Assembly (NCBI GenBank): GCA_964601325.1
Contig: CAZRNA010000003.1
Span: 4,629 to 68,628 of the forward strand
From: an uncultured Candidatus Bathyarchaeia archaeon
GTDB taxonomy: Archaea; Thermoproteota; Bathyarchaeia; 40CM-2-53-6
Length of the DNA: 64,000 nucleotides
Direction: 5' to 3'
Within the stretch, counting starts at the first letter, position 1. Each line of letters begins with the position of its first letter. Shown here piece after piece: positions 9,871-19,628 of this stretch. Below the pieces are notes generated by a model. That model saw only the letters and a list, made by a program, of their open reading frames with translations, was not told the DNA's origin and searched no databases. Position numbers and translations under genes: made by a program.

Positions 9871-10602
9871 ATGTTCGAGGTTGCATTCAGGGTTCAGCAC
9901 GACTGCCCATACACCAGGTTCACCGTGAAGCACCCGGAAGTTCGAATAACTATGTGGTGCAACAATCGGATACATGTGATGGAGGTCGACGTGCCCGACA
10001 TTGAGACTTTCACGAGGATCGAACCAGACCTGAACGAACTTCTCCTTTGGAAGGGTGGAAAGATTCTGAAGAAGAACTTTCTTGCGGGGAACCTTCAGCT
10101 CATCGTCAGATCCTGCAGCTGCAGCAAGATCCAAACCAACGTATTGTCAATTGTGGAGAGAAATTCCTGCTTATCGATTCCTCCTGAAGTCTACTACGAA
10201 GGCTGGGAGGAGTACAGAGTCGTAGGGTTCAGGGAGAGTGATTACAAGAAGATGTTTCAGGAACTGCACCGGATTGGCCAAGTGAAGATAATCCAGAAGA
10301 GGGTTGCTGCCGAGAAGAGCATCCGTGATACGTTCGTCGTCTCTCTGAACAGTGTCTTCTCGCAGCTAACAGAGAGACAGGTGAACTCCTTGATTGCAGC
10401 TCTGGAGGCTGGCTATTACCAGATCCCGAAGAAGGCGACGACAACGGAGATTGCTGGCAGACACAAGGTTCCTCGAACAACATACGAAGAACACCTCCGG
10501 AAGGCAGAGAGCAAAGTGGTCCAAGCCATCGCGCCATACGTTAGGCTTTACACGTCAGGCGTGAAACCGCTTGAGCAAGTGCTGCAAATCCCGACAAGGT
10601 GA
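9871..10602 (+). CDS. HTH_10 (bacterio-opsin activator-type) transcriptional regulator
   Basis: 243 aa. C-terminal LTERQVNSLIAALEAGYYQIPKKATTTEIAGRHKVPRTTYEEHLRKAESKVV is the HTH_10/Bat-type helix-turn-helix. Confidence 0.7.
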   Translation: MFEVAFRVQHDCPYTRFTVKHPEVRITMWCNNRIHVMEVDVPDIETFTRIEPDLNELLLWKGGKILKKNFLAGNLQLIVRSCSCSKIQTNVLSIVERNSCLSIPPEVYYEGWEEYRVVGFRESDYKKMFQELHRIGQVKIIQKRVAAEKSIRDTFVVSLNSVFSQLTERQVNSLIAALEAGYYQIPKKATTTEIAGRHKVPRTTYEEHLRKAESKVVQAIAPYVRLYTSGVKPLEQVLQIPTR

Positions 10603-10634
10603 CAAACGGGTTCAAGGGCATGACTCGTCGTACC

Positions 10635-10960
10635 AGACGCTAGGATGGTCGTTCTGAGTCCCGGCCGGCGATCGAGCGGCGTGGTAAACACGGGCTGGGC
10701 GCGGGCTATCAGGTTCGCCCGTCTCTGTAGTCAGTTACCATGCCTGCCCCTAGAGGGGGGTGGTTCCTACGCGCTAGAGCATAGAAACCGGGCTGGTCTT
10801 GCGTGGGCTACAGGCGCCTCTCGCTGTATCTCGATAAGCCTCAGACATCATCAGGGCGCATATGTCCGTAATCATCGCAGGTCCAGCAGGCGGCGTCGTA
10901 AGCAGCTACTGACAGATACGCAAGACTGCAGCGATGTGGCATCTGACGGCTGTACGGCAT
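10635..10960. ncRNA. Candidate structured non-coding RNA (GC-rich block; possible RNase P RNA-like element). Identity unconfirmed
   Basis: About 60% GC in a roughly 52% GC background. The only ORF is an Arg-rich artefact (10645..10986). Many short complementary segments. 'CAUAGAAACCGGGCUGG' resembles the RNase P P4 3' strand (ACAGAAaCCGGGCUUA), with a partner 'GAGUCCCGGCC' upstream. Confidence 0.25.
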
Positions 10961-10968
10961 GCGCGCAC

Positions 10969-11334
10969 TTACTGCTTCAAGTCTAGTAACCTGTTGAGTC
11001 GTTCGTAGATTGGTCTAGCGAAAGTTCCCGCTTCCAGGCTCATGACGATCACATACTCCGGCGTCTTGAAAAGCATCAGGGTGAGCGTCTGAAAGCATAG
11101 TAGCGAGTACCTGATCGTGCCGATATGATCCTTCAGTTTGTCGGCGATTCCGAGTATGATCTCCGGGAGGAATTGGATGAACTCTCTGTCTTGCTCGCCT
11201 GGTGTGATTGACTTGACGCCTTCCCTCATGCGTGATTCCTTGATCTCGTAGTCTGGTCCGGGGCTAACTATGCCGACGTATCGTATGTTCTTGTCAACTG
11301 AGAATATCGTTTCGACTAGCTGCGTTGGCTCCAT
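10969..11334 (-). CDS. Hypothetical protein
   Basis: 121 aa. No clear family. Confidence 0.4.
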   Translation of the reverse strand: MEPTQLVETIFSVDKNIRYVGIVSPGPDYEIKESRMREGVKSITPGEQDREFIQFLPEIILGIADKLKDHIGTIRYSLLCFQTLTLMLFKTPEYVIVMSLEAGTFARPIYERLNRLLDLKQ

Positions 11335-11479
11335 GATTAGAAGGATGGTCGAAGCACAATAAAAACGAAGCCGTAGCCCTCAGTTTGAGAAGGTGAATCT
11401 CAGGGTTCTAAGGGTCAACCGACAAGACTAATCGTGTCGCAGACGGGATGTTTAAGCTAGACTTGCGCCCACGCTAGAT

Positions 11480-11815
11480 TTGAGCCGGGTTTATGGTTTG
11501 GCCTCTTCTCGCGACGTGGCGGGTAACCTAGTTCTGGCTGTTGACGAGGCGCTGCTGGTTCCCGGTGAGATTGTGAAGACGGCTATCTACGAGCGTGTCG
11601 AGCGGAGCTACCAGCTTAGGCGAGAGGAGATCCCTGAGAAACTTGAGACCTTCCACCGAGCGCTACGGGACTTGCTTGGTGAAGGCGGCAAGGTGATGGA
11701 GATGCTGATCGTGAGAAACCTCTATCGCCGTCTTGGATTGAGCTTCGAAAAACATGACGGGCGGACGCTAGTCGATTATGTGAATCATGCGAAAACATCT
11801 GCGGGAGGTCATTGA
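11480..11815 (+). CDS. Small hypothetical protein upstream of and overlapping the histidine kinase gene
   Basis: 111 aa. Overlaps the kinase ORF start by 29 nt. No recognisable domain. Confidence 0.35.
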   Translation: MSRVYGLASSRDVAGNLVLAVDEALLVPGEIVKTAIYERVERSYQLRREEIPEKLETFHRALRDLLGEGGKVMEMLIVRNLYRRLGLSFEKHDGRTLVDYVNHAKTSAGGH

Positions 11816-14800
11816 AGAAATGGAAGACGACTCGACATATTCTAAAGAAGTGACCCCTCAGGAGTCACAGGGGAACAAAGCGAGAGGAGAAATGTACGGT
11901 CTGCTGAAGGCGGTGAATGACGTACACCGGGCGCAGCTGAAAGCCAACAGCGAGGCTGATTTCTTCCAACAGATATGTGATTCCATCAAACGAGTAGATT
12001 ATGTCAGGTTCGTTTGGATAGGTCTCGCGGAGAAAGGGAGCTTTCAGATTAAGCCTGTCGCTTCTGCAGGGTTCGAAGATGGATATCTCTCCTCGATCCG
12101 TGTTGCCTGGGATGACTCTGAACACAGCCGAGGCCCTACCGGCATGGCCATCAAGACTGGCCAGCCATTCGTGATGAGAGATATGACAACTAGTCCCACT
12201 TATTCTCCTTGGAGAAAAGAGGCCCTGAAGAGAGGCTACGCGTCCAGCGTTGCTCTGCCACTGATTCACGAGGGAGAAGTGATTGGCGCCCTCAATGTGT
12301 ATTCCGAGAGAAAGGATGCGTTCGGAGACCAAGAAGTCCAGTTTCTAAGCGCAGTAGCTCAGGACGTCGCTCTGGGCGTCAGATCACTAAGGTTGCGTAT
12401 GAACCTCCGAGAGAACGAGGCCAAGTATCGGACACTGGTCGAGCAGTCGCTGCAAGGAATCCTGATAGCTCAAGGTTCACCTCCTCGCCTAGTCTTCGCT
12501 AACCCGGCTATGGCGAAGATCTTGGGGTATACTCCTGATGAATTGATGTCCCTCTCACCTGAAGAAGCGGAGGGGCTGGTACACCCTGAAGACCGAGCGG
12601 TCTTCTTTGGCCGTTTCAGTGATCGGCTGCAAGGAAAACCTGCGCCGCCACGATACGAGGTCCGCGGAATCCGCAAAGATGGCGAAACCCGCTGGCTGGA
12701 CTTCTCCTCAACCAGAATCGAGTACAAGGCAGAGCCAGCCGTGCAAGCAGCATTCGTAGACATCACCGAACGCAAGCGGGCGGAGGAGGCATTGCGGGGG
12801 AGCGAGGAAAGGTATCGAGGGCTGTTTGAGGAGGCAATGGACGGCATCGCACTGGCCGACGCTGAGACCGGTATCCTGCTTGACTGCAATCAGGCGCTGG
12901 CGGCTTTGGTTGGCAGGAATAGGGCAGAGCTGATCGGGCATCATCAGGCCATTCTGCACCCCGCGGACAGCGATGACAGTGCGCTTTCACCAACATTCAG
13001 GCTGCACGCGACCACCCGCGAGGGGCAAGTGCTGGAAACGCAAGTCATCACCGCCACGGGTGAAATCAGAGAAGTGGAAATCAAAGCCAGCTTGCTGTAC
13101 CTCCAAGGAAGGAAAATGCTGCAAGGCATATTCCGTGACATTACTGAACGCAAGCGAACGGAAGACGAGCTGCGTCGCCGGGCCGAGGAGCTGGCTGCGC
13201 TTCAGGCGACCGTCTTGGATATTACATCTCGCCACGACCTGGCGGGTCTTCTTGAGACGATCGTGGAGCGAGCAGCTCGACTGCTAAGAGTCTCAAGTGG
13301 AGGTATGTACCTCTGTGATCCGCAGAAGAGGGAAGCACGCTGTGTCGTCTCCCACAAGACACCGTACAGCGTCAAGGGAACGGTGCTCAAGTATGGAGAA
13401 GGTGCGGCGGGGGCGGTCGCCGAGACTGGAAAGCCACTGCTGATTGATGACTACCGTACTTGGGAAGGTCGAGCTGCTGCATACGAGGAAGCGAAACCCT
13501 TCGTTGCGGTCCTAGGCGTGCCCGTGATCTGGCGAGGACAAGTTGTGGGAGTGATCGACGTCCTCGACGATACACCTCAGCACTTCACGAAGGCAGACCA
13601 GGAGCTTCTCACTCTCTTCGCCAATCATGCGGCGATTGCGATCGAGAACGCGCGACTGATGGAGCAGGAGAAGCGCCACGCCGAGGAGCTTACACGTTAC
13701 TCCACAAACTTGGAACAGCTGGTCTTTGAGAGAACAGGTAAGCTAGCGGAAAGCGAGAGGAGATTCAGGGAACTGGCGGACCTGTTACCGCAAATTGTAT
13801 TTGAAATTGACGCCAAGGGAAATTTCACATTCGTCAATCGTGTCGCGTTTGCGACTACAGGTTACAAGGAGCAGGATGAGGAGAAACTACGTGAAAGTCT
13901 GAATGCACTTCAGATGTTTGCCCCAGAGGACCGCAGCAGGGTCATGGAGAACATGAGTAGGATTTTGGGCGGAGAAGCGCTTCCTGCCGGAGAATACATG
14001 GTTTTGAGGAAAGACGGCAGCACATTTCCCGCACTCGTGCACTCCAGTCCAATAATCCAGAACGGAAAGCCTGTGGGCTTGAGAGGCATTGTCATGGACA
14101 TCACGGAACGCAAGCGGGCGGAGGAGGAGCTTCGTGCCACTAGAGAGCAACTTGAGTATCTTGTCACATCGAACCCGGCCGTAATCATTAGTGGTAAGCC
14201 TCTCGCAGATTACTCCGATTGGCACCTGACATACATCAGCAAGAGCGTCGTTGCACTGCTTGGCTTTGAGCCTAAGGATTTCGTTGGTCATCCCGAGTTC
14301 TGGGACCGTCATGTTCCCCCTGAGGACGCACGCTACGTTCTAGCTGAGATACCTCTTCTCTGGAAGAAAGGACAGCATGCATTCGAGTTCCGGTTTCTGC
14401 ACAAGGACGGGACTTGCCGGTGGATACGTGAAGAGGCGAGGGTGGTTCGTTATGTCGATGGTAAGCCGATTGAGGTCAACGGATACTGGACTGACGTCAG
14501 TGAGCGCAAGCGCTTGGAAGAAGAGCTTGCCAAGTCTCAGAGGCTTGCCACAATCGGGGAAACGGCATCGATGGTGGGTCACGATCTCAGAAACCTACTG
14601 CAAGGGATCGCAGGCGCCGTGTACTATCTCGCAACCAAGGAGCGCCCAAAGCTCAGCAGAAGGGGGAGAAAGATGCTTCAACTGATCGAGGAAGGCATAG
14701 GACGTTCTGACAAGATCATAGACGACCTCTTGGAATACTCGAGGGAGTTGCGCCTCGAACTGTCCGAGACCAACCTGAAACCAATCATAGAAGACGCCCT

Positions 14801-15221
14801 GGCAAAAGTGAAGATTCCAAAAGGAATACGCGTGGTCAACTCAACCAAGAACCAACCATCCATGCGGCTGGACTTGGAGAAGATGAGACGAGTCTTCCTG
14901 AACCTCACAGTGAACGCCGTTGACGCCATGCCCAAAGGAGGCACACTTACAATCACAAGCACTCGATCCGGCGACAACGTTGACATAACCTTCAAAGACA
15001 CAGGAGAAGGAATGACAGCAGAAACCTTGGCGAAGCTTTGGAGCCCACTATTCACGACCAAGGCGAAGGGGATGGGCTTTGGCCTACCTGTCGCTAGACG
15101 CCTTGTCGAAGCACATGGGGGCTCGATCAGCGTCGAAAGCAAACTTGGGAGGGGATCAACCTTCACCGTGAGGCTTCCGATCAAACGTGAATTGGAAGGA
15201 AAAGAGGTGAAGAAGAAGTGA
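11787..15221 (+). CDS. Multi-domain sensor histidine kinase (GAF-PAS-PAS-GAF-PAS-PAS-HisKA-HATPase_c)
   Basis: 1144 aa. Two GAF-like blocks and four PAS blocks separated by recurring 'DITERKRAEEEL' seams. H-box 'MVGHDLRNLLQGI'. G-box 'KDTGEGM'. Confidence 0.9.
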   Translation: MRKHLREVIEEMEDDSTYSKEVTPQESQGNKARGEMYGLLKAVNDVHRAQLKANSEADFFQQICDSIKRVDYVRFVWIGLAEKGSFQIKPVASAGFEDGYLSSIRVAWDDSEHSRGPTGMAIKTGQPFVMRDMTTSPTYSPWRKEALKRGYASSVALPLIHEGEVIGALNVYSERKDAFGDQEVQFLSAVAQDVALGVRSLRLRMNLRENEAKYRTLVEQSLQGILIAQGSPPRLVFANPAMAKILGYTPDELMSLSPEEAEGLVHPEDRAVFFGRFSDRLQGKPAPPRYEVRGIRKDGETRWLDFSSTRIEYKAEPAVQAAFVDITERKRAEEALRGSEERYRGLFEEAMDGIALADAETGILLDCNQALAALVGRNRAELIGHHQAILHPADSDDSALSPTFRLHATTREGQVLETQVITATGEIREVEIKASLLYLQGRKMLQGIFRDITERKRTEDELRRRAEELAALQATVLDITSRHDLAGLLETIVERAARLLRVSSGGMYLCDPQKREARCVVSHKTPYSVKGTVLKYGEGAAGAVAETGKPLLIDDYRTWEGRAAAYEEAKPFVAVLGVPVIWRGQVVGVIDVLDDTPQHFTKADQELLTLFANHAAIAIENARLMEQEKRHAEELTRYSTNLEQLVFERTGKLAESERRFRELADLLPQIVFEIDAKGNFTFVNRVAFATTGYKEQDEEKLRESLNALQMFAPEDRSRVMENMSRILGGEALPAGEYMVLRKDGSTFPALVHSSPIIQNGKPVGLRGIVMDITERKRAEEELRATREQLEYLVTSNPAVIISGKPLADYSDWHLTYISKSVVALLGFEPKDFVGHPEFWDRHVPPEDARYVLAEIPLLWKKGQHAFEFRFLHKDGTCRWIREEARVVRYVDGKPIEVNGYWTDVSERKRLEEELAKSQRLATIGETASMVGHDLRNLLQGIAGAVYYLATKERPKLSRRGRKMLQLIEEGIGRSDKIIDDLLEYSRELRLELSETNLKPIIEDALAKVKIPKGIRVVNSTKNQPSMRLDLEKMRRVFLNLTVNAVDAMPKGGTLTITSTRSGDNVDITFKDTGEGMTAETLAKLWSPLFTTKAKGMGFGLPVARRLVEAHGGSISVESKLGRGSTFTVRLPIKRELEGKEVKKK

Positions 15222-15697
15222 AAGAACAGGAACAGGCGAGGATTCTCGTCATAGACGATGACGTGACCGTACGCAAGTCGCATGAGACTGTGTTGAAGGC
15301 GAACGCATACGAGGTCGACGTCGCCGAAACCGGTAAGGAAGCAATCGCGAAAACCAAAGCGAAACTCTACAACCTAGCATTAGTCGACCTCCGCCTGCCA
15401 GACATGGACGGCATAGAACTATTGACGGCCATGAGAGAAACCATACCAAAAACGGTTAAGATCATCATAACAGGCTACCCTTCACAGGAGAACGCCATAG
15501 AAGCCGTAAACCGAGGCGCCGACGGATACATAGTCAAACCATACACCATGGAAGACCTGCTACGGAAAGTGAAGGAACAACTGCAGAAGCAACAGGAAGC
15601 TAGGAAGTTCAGTGAAGAGAAAGTCAAAGAATTCATTGAAGCGCGCGCTGAAGAATACGAGTCAAGAACCTCAGCGAAAGGCAAACAGAAAAAGTAA
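15218..15697 (+). CDS. Response regulator, receiver domain only (CheY-like)
   Basis: ARILVIDDD...LALVDLRLPDMDG...IIITGY...GADGYIVKP. Overlaps the kinase stop in an ATGA-type 4-nt overlap. Confidence 0.9.
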   Translation: MKEQEQARILVIDDDVTVRKSHETVLKANAYEVDVAETGKEAIAKTKAKLYNLALVDLRLPDMDGIELLTAMRETIPKTVKIIITGYPSQENAIEAVNRGADGYIVKPYTMEDLLRKVKEQLQKQQEARKFSEEKVKEFIEARAEEYESRTSAKGKQKK

Positions 15698-15759
15698 GTA
15701 CTCATAAGTGGAACGACGCATTCACTGACCGCTAAGAAGAGTCTCAGAGGCGCCCTGAG

Positions 15760-16584
15760 ATGAAATCGTTTAGTGAAGTCCTCTATGAGAAAAAAGACAG
15801 AGTTGCAACCATCACCATCAACAGACCGAAGCGGTACAATGCTTGTCTCCCCACTACAATAGAGGAATTGACTCAAGCTTTTCTTGATGCCTGGGCTGAC
15901 GGGTCCATTGGTGTTGTGGTCTTCACGGGTGCGGGGGACAAAGCCTTCTGCACCGGCGGGGACCAATCAGTGAGGAAGAAAGGAGGATACAATGCGAGCG
16001 GGGAAGAGCATGCTGGACGAATAGCGAGTCTGCCGCTCGAAGTCGGCTGGCAGCTTGTAACGTTCTTGATCAGACACATTCCGAAGCCGGTAATTGCTAG
16101 GGTAAACGGTTACGCCATCGGAGGGGGACAGGTATGGCAGGTTAACTGCGATCTCTCAATCGCGTCTGAGACAGCCAAGTTCGGACAAGCTGGACCAAAG
16201 GTTGGAAGTTTCGACCCCGGCTTCGGTACTGGAGAGTTGTGGCGTAATATCGGAATCAAGAAAGCCAAGGAATTATGGTATCTATGTAGGATTTACTCAG
16301 CAAACGAAGCATTCGAGATGGGGCTCGTTAACAAGGTCGTTGCGCCCGAGAGGCTTGACATCGAGGTCAAACAATGGTGCGACGAATTGTTGGAGAAAAG
16401 CCCAACAGCACTCAAGATGCTCAAGTATGCCTTTCTCGGAGAAAGCGAGGGACTCGCTGGACTAACGGAACTGGGCGTTGGAGGCTTGAGCATGTATTAC
16501 TCAACAGACGAAGCTCTCGAAGGAGCAAAGGCTTTCATGGAGAAGAGGAAGCCAGACTTCAGAAAGCACTCGCAGAAAAACTAG
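15760..16584 (+). CDS. Enoyl-CoA hydratase/isomerase superfamily, MenB-like (1,4-dihydroxy-2-naphthoyl-CoA synthase-type)
   Basis: 274 aa. 'FTGAGDKAFCTGGDQ', 'GYAIGGG', 'GQAGPKVGSFDPGFG' match MenB/crotonase motifs. Confidence 0.75.
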   Translation: MKSFSEVLYEKKDRVATITINRPKRYNACLPTTIEELTQAFLDAWADGSIGVVVFTGAGDKAFCTGGDQSVRKKGGYNASGEEHAGRIASLPLEVGWQLVTFLIRHIPKPVIARVNGYAIGGGQVWQVNCDLSIASETAKFGQAGPKVGSFDPGFGTGELWRNIGIKKAKELWYLCRIYSANEAFEMGLVNKVVAPERLDIEVKQWCDELLEKSPTALKMLKYAFLGESEGLAGLTELGVGGLSMYYSTDEALEGAKAFMEKRKPDFRKHSQKN

Positions 16585-16600
16585 GATGAGCTGACTGCCT

Positions 16601-17392
16601 CTAGATCGTTGTGTATCCGCCGCTTACACTAATCGTCTGTCCGGTAATCCAGCTAGCTTCTTCTGAGGCCAAGAAAAGCACTGCGCCAGCCACATCCTTG
16701 GCAGTCCCTAAGCGTCTTAGGGGATACGCCTTTACGATTCTGTCGCGCAGTTCGCTAAACTTCGCCAATTCCGGCTGATTCCACAGGCTCAGCTTGCCTT
16801 TCTCGTCTTCTGGCGGTATGATTGTGCCTGGGCACACTGTGTTGACAGTTACAGAATACCGCCCAACTTCCTTGGCCAGAGCCTTAGAGAATCCTATGAC
16901 CGCAGCCTTGCATCCAGAATACACGGCTTCTCTCGGCTCTCCAACTCTACCTGCGTCAGAAGCGATATTGATGATCCGGCCGCTTTTCCTTTCGATCATG
17001 TGAGGAAGGATCGACTTTGTGCAGGCCAGTACGCTCCTGTAGTTGATGGCTATGAGCCTGTCCCATAGGCTGGGATCAGTATCTAGGAATAGCAACATTT
17101 TGTCCCAACCAACATCGTTGACCAATATGTCCACCTTGCCAAAGAGGTCTAAAGTTCCGCTCAAGGCGCGCTCGAACTCCGCAATGTTTGTGACGTCAGT
17201 CCGGGTGAACGCCACTCTCCCTTTGAGTCCCAAAGTCTTGGATTCTTGAACCACACGAGCAGAGCTCTCGTCGTCGAGGTCACAGATCATAGTGTCACAT
17301 CCCTGGGCAGACAGAGCTAGAGTTATGGCACGGCCTATGTTGGACGCTCCACCAGTTACGATGGCCGACTTTCCAGACAGGCTGAACTTCAT
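16601..17392 (-). CDS. SDR family oxidoreductase
   Basis: TGGASNIGRA Rossmann motif, NASDAGR, YSGCKAA catalytic YxxxK. Confidence 0.85.
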   Translation of the reverse strand: MKFSLSGKSAIVTGGASNIGRAITLALSAQGCDTMICDLDDESSARVVQESKTLGLKGRVAFTRTDVTNIAEFERALSGTLDLFGKVDILVNDVGWDKMLLFLDTDPSLWDRLIAINYRSVLACTKSILPHMIERKSGRIINIASDAGRVGEPREAVYSGCKAAVIGFSKALAKEVGRYSVTVNTVCPGTIIPPEDEKGKLSLWNQPELAKFSELRDRIVKAYPLRRLGTAKDVAGAVLFLASEEASWITGQTISVSGGYTTI

Positions 17393-17666
17393 GTGAACGC
17401 TGACACCTCAAGAACCAAATTACAGCATCCATCCGGATTAGCCAGGCAGCCTCTTTTCTCTCTTTGCACCCTTGCAGAAGTTGGCAGTCTCAAAGTACAC
17501 AGCGAAGGCTCGAAGAGGAGGTGCCTGGAGATAGAAGGTAGGATAGTCTATTACATGCTGACGCGGAAATCTTACCAGAGAGATTCAGCTCAATCGCCGG
17601 TTCAACAGACTCCCACGCCCGCCTCGACGTACTGATCTGAACTTTCGTCCATTCTGCCGGGGAACT

Positions 17667-18437
17667 CTATTGTTCATCTTGGAAGGCTGAATTGTGCAAC
17701 CAGATGTGGTTCAGCTCCTTTCCACTTCTTCCTTCTGTCCTGCGATCACGCATGACTTTCGCAGGTACCCCGCCCACCACCGCATTAGGAGGCACATCAT
17801 CATGGACAAGGGCCCTGGCGGCAACAATCGCCTGCTCTCCTATGGTGACGCCTGGCAGGATCATTGCGCCTGAGTTGACCATGACGAAATCCTTCAAGAC
17901 CACTTTCTCGTATTTCCTGATAATGTGGTCTGACTCCGAATGTTTATGGGTGAAGACTTGAACGTCCTCGGCGAGGCCCACATGGCTTCCCAAAATGACG
18001 CCCCCTTTTGTGTCGAGGAATACGCCGCGATTCAGGAACACATCGTCGCCGACTTCAAGGTTCTGCGGGAAGTTGAACCGCACATTCTCCTCTGCAATGA
18101 AGTCACGCCCACACTGTGCAAACAATCTCTTGGCAAGCATCCTTCTGAACGGAATCGAGAAGTCCACGATGATGCTTATTGGAAGCTTGTCCAATGCATC
18201 CCATAAGAAATGCATGTACCTTTGCGGCGCGGTATAGCCCACTTCATCTACCATTGGCAAGCACTCACTATAGAGTCTCAACTCGCTCAAGATGTCTGAT
18301 GAAAGGCCGGCTGCACCTAGGAGGTCTAGCACTTCACAGGTCCCATGGACATCTGGGCCTGAATCGAGTATCTTTCTGATTGCTGACAACCTCTCCCCGA
18401 TCTTCAAGGCGATCACCTTGCGAGGTCTTGGTTCCAC
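17667..18437 (-). CDS. Hexapeptide-repeat (left-handed beta-helix) acyl/acetyltransferase
   Basis: C-terminal VMVNSGAMILPGVTIGEQAIVAARALVHDDVPPNAVVGGVPAKV is typical of the NeuD/WcaF sugar O-acyltransferase family. Confidence 0.7.
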   Translation of the reverse strand: MEPRPRKVIALKIGERLSAIRKILDSGPDVHGTCEVLDLLGAAGLSSDILSELRLYSECLPMVDEVGYTAPQRYMHFLWDALDKLPISIIVDFSIPFRRMLAKRLFAQCGRDFIAEENVRFNFPQNLEVGDDVFLNRGVFLDTKGGVILGSHVGLAEDVQVFTHKHSESDHIIRKYEKVVLKDFVMVNSGAMILPGVTIGEQAIVAARALVHDDVPPNAVVGGVPAKVMRDRRTEGRSGKELNHIWLHNSAFQDEQ

Positions 18438-18452
18438 GGTCTATTCGGCGCT

Positions 18453-18734
18453 TTAGGGCCCGGCGTTGGCGGGCGATTTCGGCTTTCGCATCGCCACCAT
18501 CAAGATGACGAGAGCTATCAGGGTCCAGACAACTATGTCCGTCACCAGGTTCACCAGGTCGACCTTCCAGGGGAAGTACTCTGAAGCTACAACCATCCGG
18601 ATCAGCCAAGCGAGAGGATATCCGTACCAGCTAGCGCCAACAAGCATGGCTGGTGTGTTAGGCATCAGGCCAGTCACTAGGGTTATCACCATACCACTGA
18701 CCAGCGCCATCAATACCTTTCTCAGTTCGACCAT
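18453..18734 (-). CDS. Small 3-TM membrane protein (paralog of 37665..37937)
   Basis: 93 aa. 'GYPLAWLIRMVVASEY' is nearly identical to 'GFPLAWLIRMIVAPEY' in the second copy. Confidence 0.5.
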   Translation of the reverse strand: MVELRKVLMALVSGMVITLVTGLMPNTPAMLVGASWYGYPLAWLIRMVVASEYFPWKVDLVNLVTDIVVWTLIALVILMVAMRKPKSPANAGP

Positions 18735-18799
18735 CGCTTGTCCCGTAGTCGCAATCTCTTCAGGTCATATAAGGGTGAAGACGCCCGTGCAAATGTGTG

Positions 18800-19252
18800 T
18801 TATTTCTTGTAGAGAGCCCCGAGAATGATGCCATAGCTGGCAAAATTGAAGAACCCAACGAAGACCCAATTTGTTGCCAACGGCACAAAGGTATAGGCTG
18901 CAAGAAAAGTCGCGGGGCGGACGCTTGAAATCAAGTACAGGAGCAATCCATAGCAAAGCCCCTTCGAGATGCCTTTGCCTGGAATCACATCATGAACCGT
19001 CGCGTACAGTGCCCCGAAGATGAGGCCCCATGATGTGTCGAGCACCAAACGGGTTATGACAACGTCTATCATAGGGGGTGGAAGCTGCTGAAGAAGCCCG
19101 ATGAACACTCCTACATAACCAAAAACAACCGCAGCTATGCCGCCCACTAACCCTGCAACAAGACCAGCCGCAATACCCGCCAGAGTCTTGCTTCTCAAAC
19201 CATAGTCTCCCTTGCTTCTAAAACAGATGATTCTGTTTAAAAGACTGTGCAC
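18800..19252 (-). CDS. Hypothetical polytopic membrane protein
   Basis: 150 aa. Four predicted TM helices. No family recognised. Confidence 0.45.
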   Translation of the reverse strand: MHSLLNRIICFRSKGDYGLRSKTLAGIAAGLVAGLVGGIAAVVFGYVGVFIGLLQQLPPPMIDVVITRLVLDTSWGLIFGALYATVHDVIPGKGISKGLCYGLLLYLISSVRPATFLAAYTFVPLATNWVFVGFFNFASYGIILGALYKK

Positions 19253-19628
19253 GGAACAACGGATTACGACATGTAACGTTAGCTATTGACGATGCCACCT
19301 TACTGACATCGATGTTTTCCAGCATCACTCTCTTGTGTGCCTTTAGGAGAAGCGTGATTGCGGTAACAGAGCTCAGGGTCTTTGGCACTACGTCCCGGGC
19401 GAATGGCATTGGATCGGAGCGACGTGAGGAACCGAAGAAAGGTCACACCGTGAACACAAAGAATGTCTGCGCTAGACGGGACAGAGATACTTTGACGACC
19501 TCGTCGAGCAATTGCGGCAGAGGTTGCTAGAATTGTGGACGACGATTCCTGTCCCTCACCGGTCGATCATGCGACCGGAACCGACGAGAGCTCCGCAGAA
19601 GAATGACACCTTGATCTCTTTCAGGCGT

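Noticed and set aside
10620-10965. SRP RNA as the identity of the GC-rich element.
   Set aside because: The helix-8 'GGUC/AGGUCCGGAAGGAAGCAGC'-type signature is absent. RNase P-like P4 similarity is partial. The identity is left open.
10645-10986. 113-aa ORF (Arg/Ser-rich) in the GC-rich intergenic block.
   Set aside because: The composition is typical of translating a structured GC-rich RNA or spacer. There are no protein-like motifs. It is treated as an artefact covering a candidate ncRNA.
11865-15283. Numerous minus/plus-strand ORFs (60-200 aa) inside the histidine kinase region.
   Set aside because: They are shadow ORFs of the long, well-supported sensor kinase gene. They have low-complexity Arg/Ser/Pro-rich translations.
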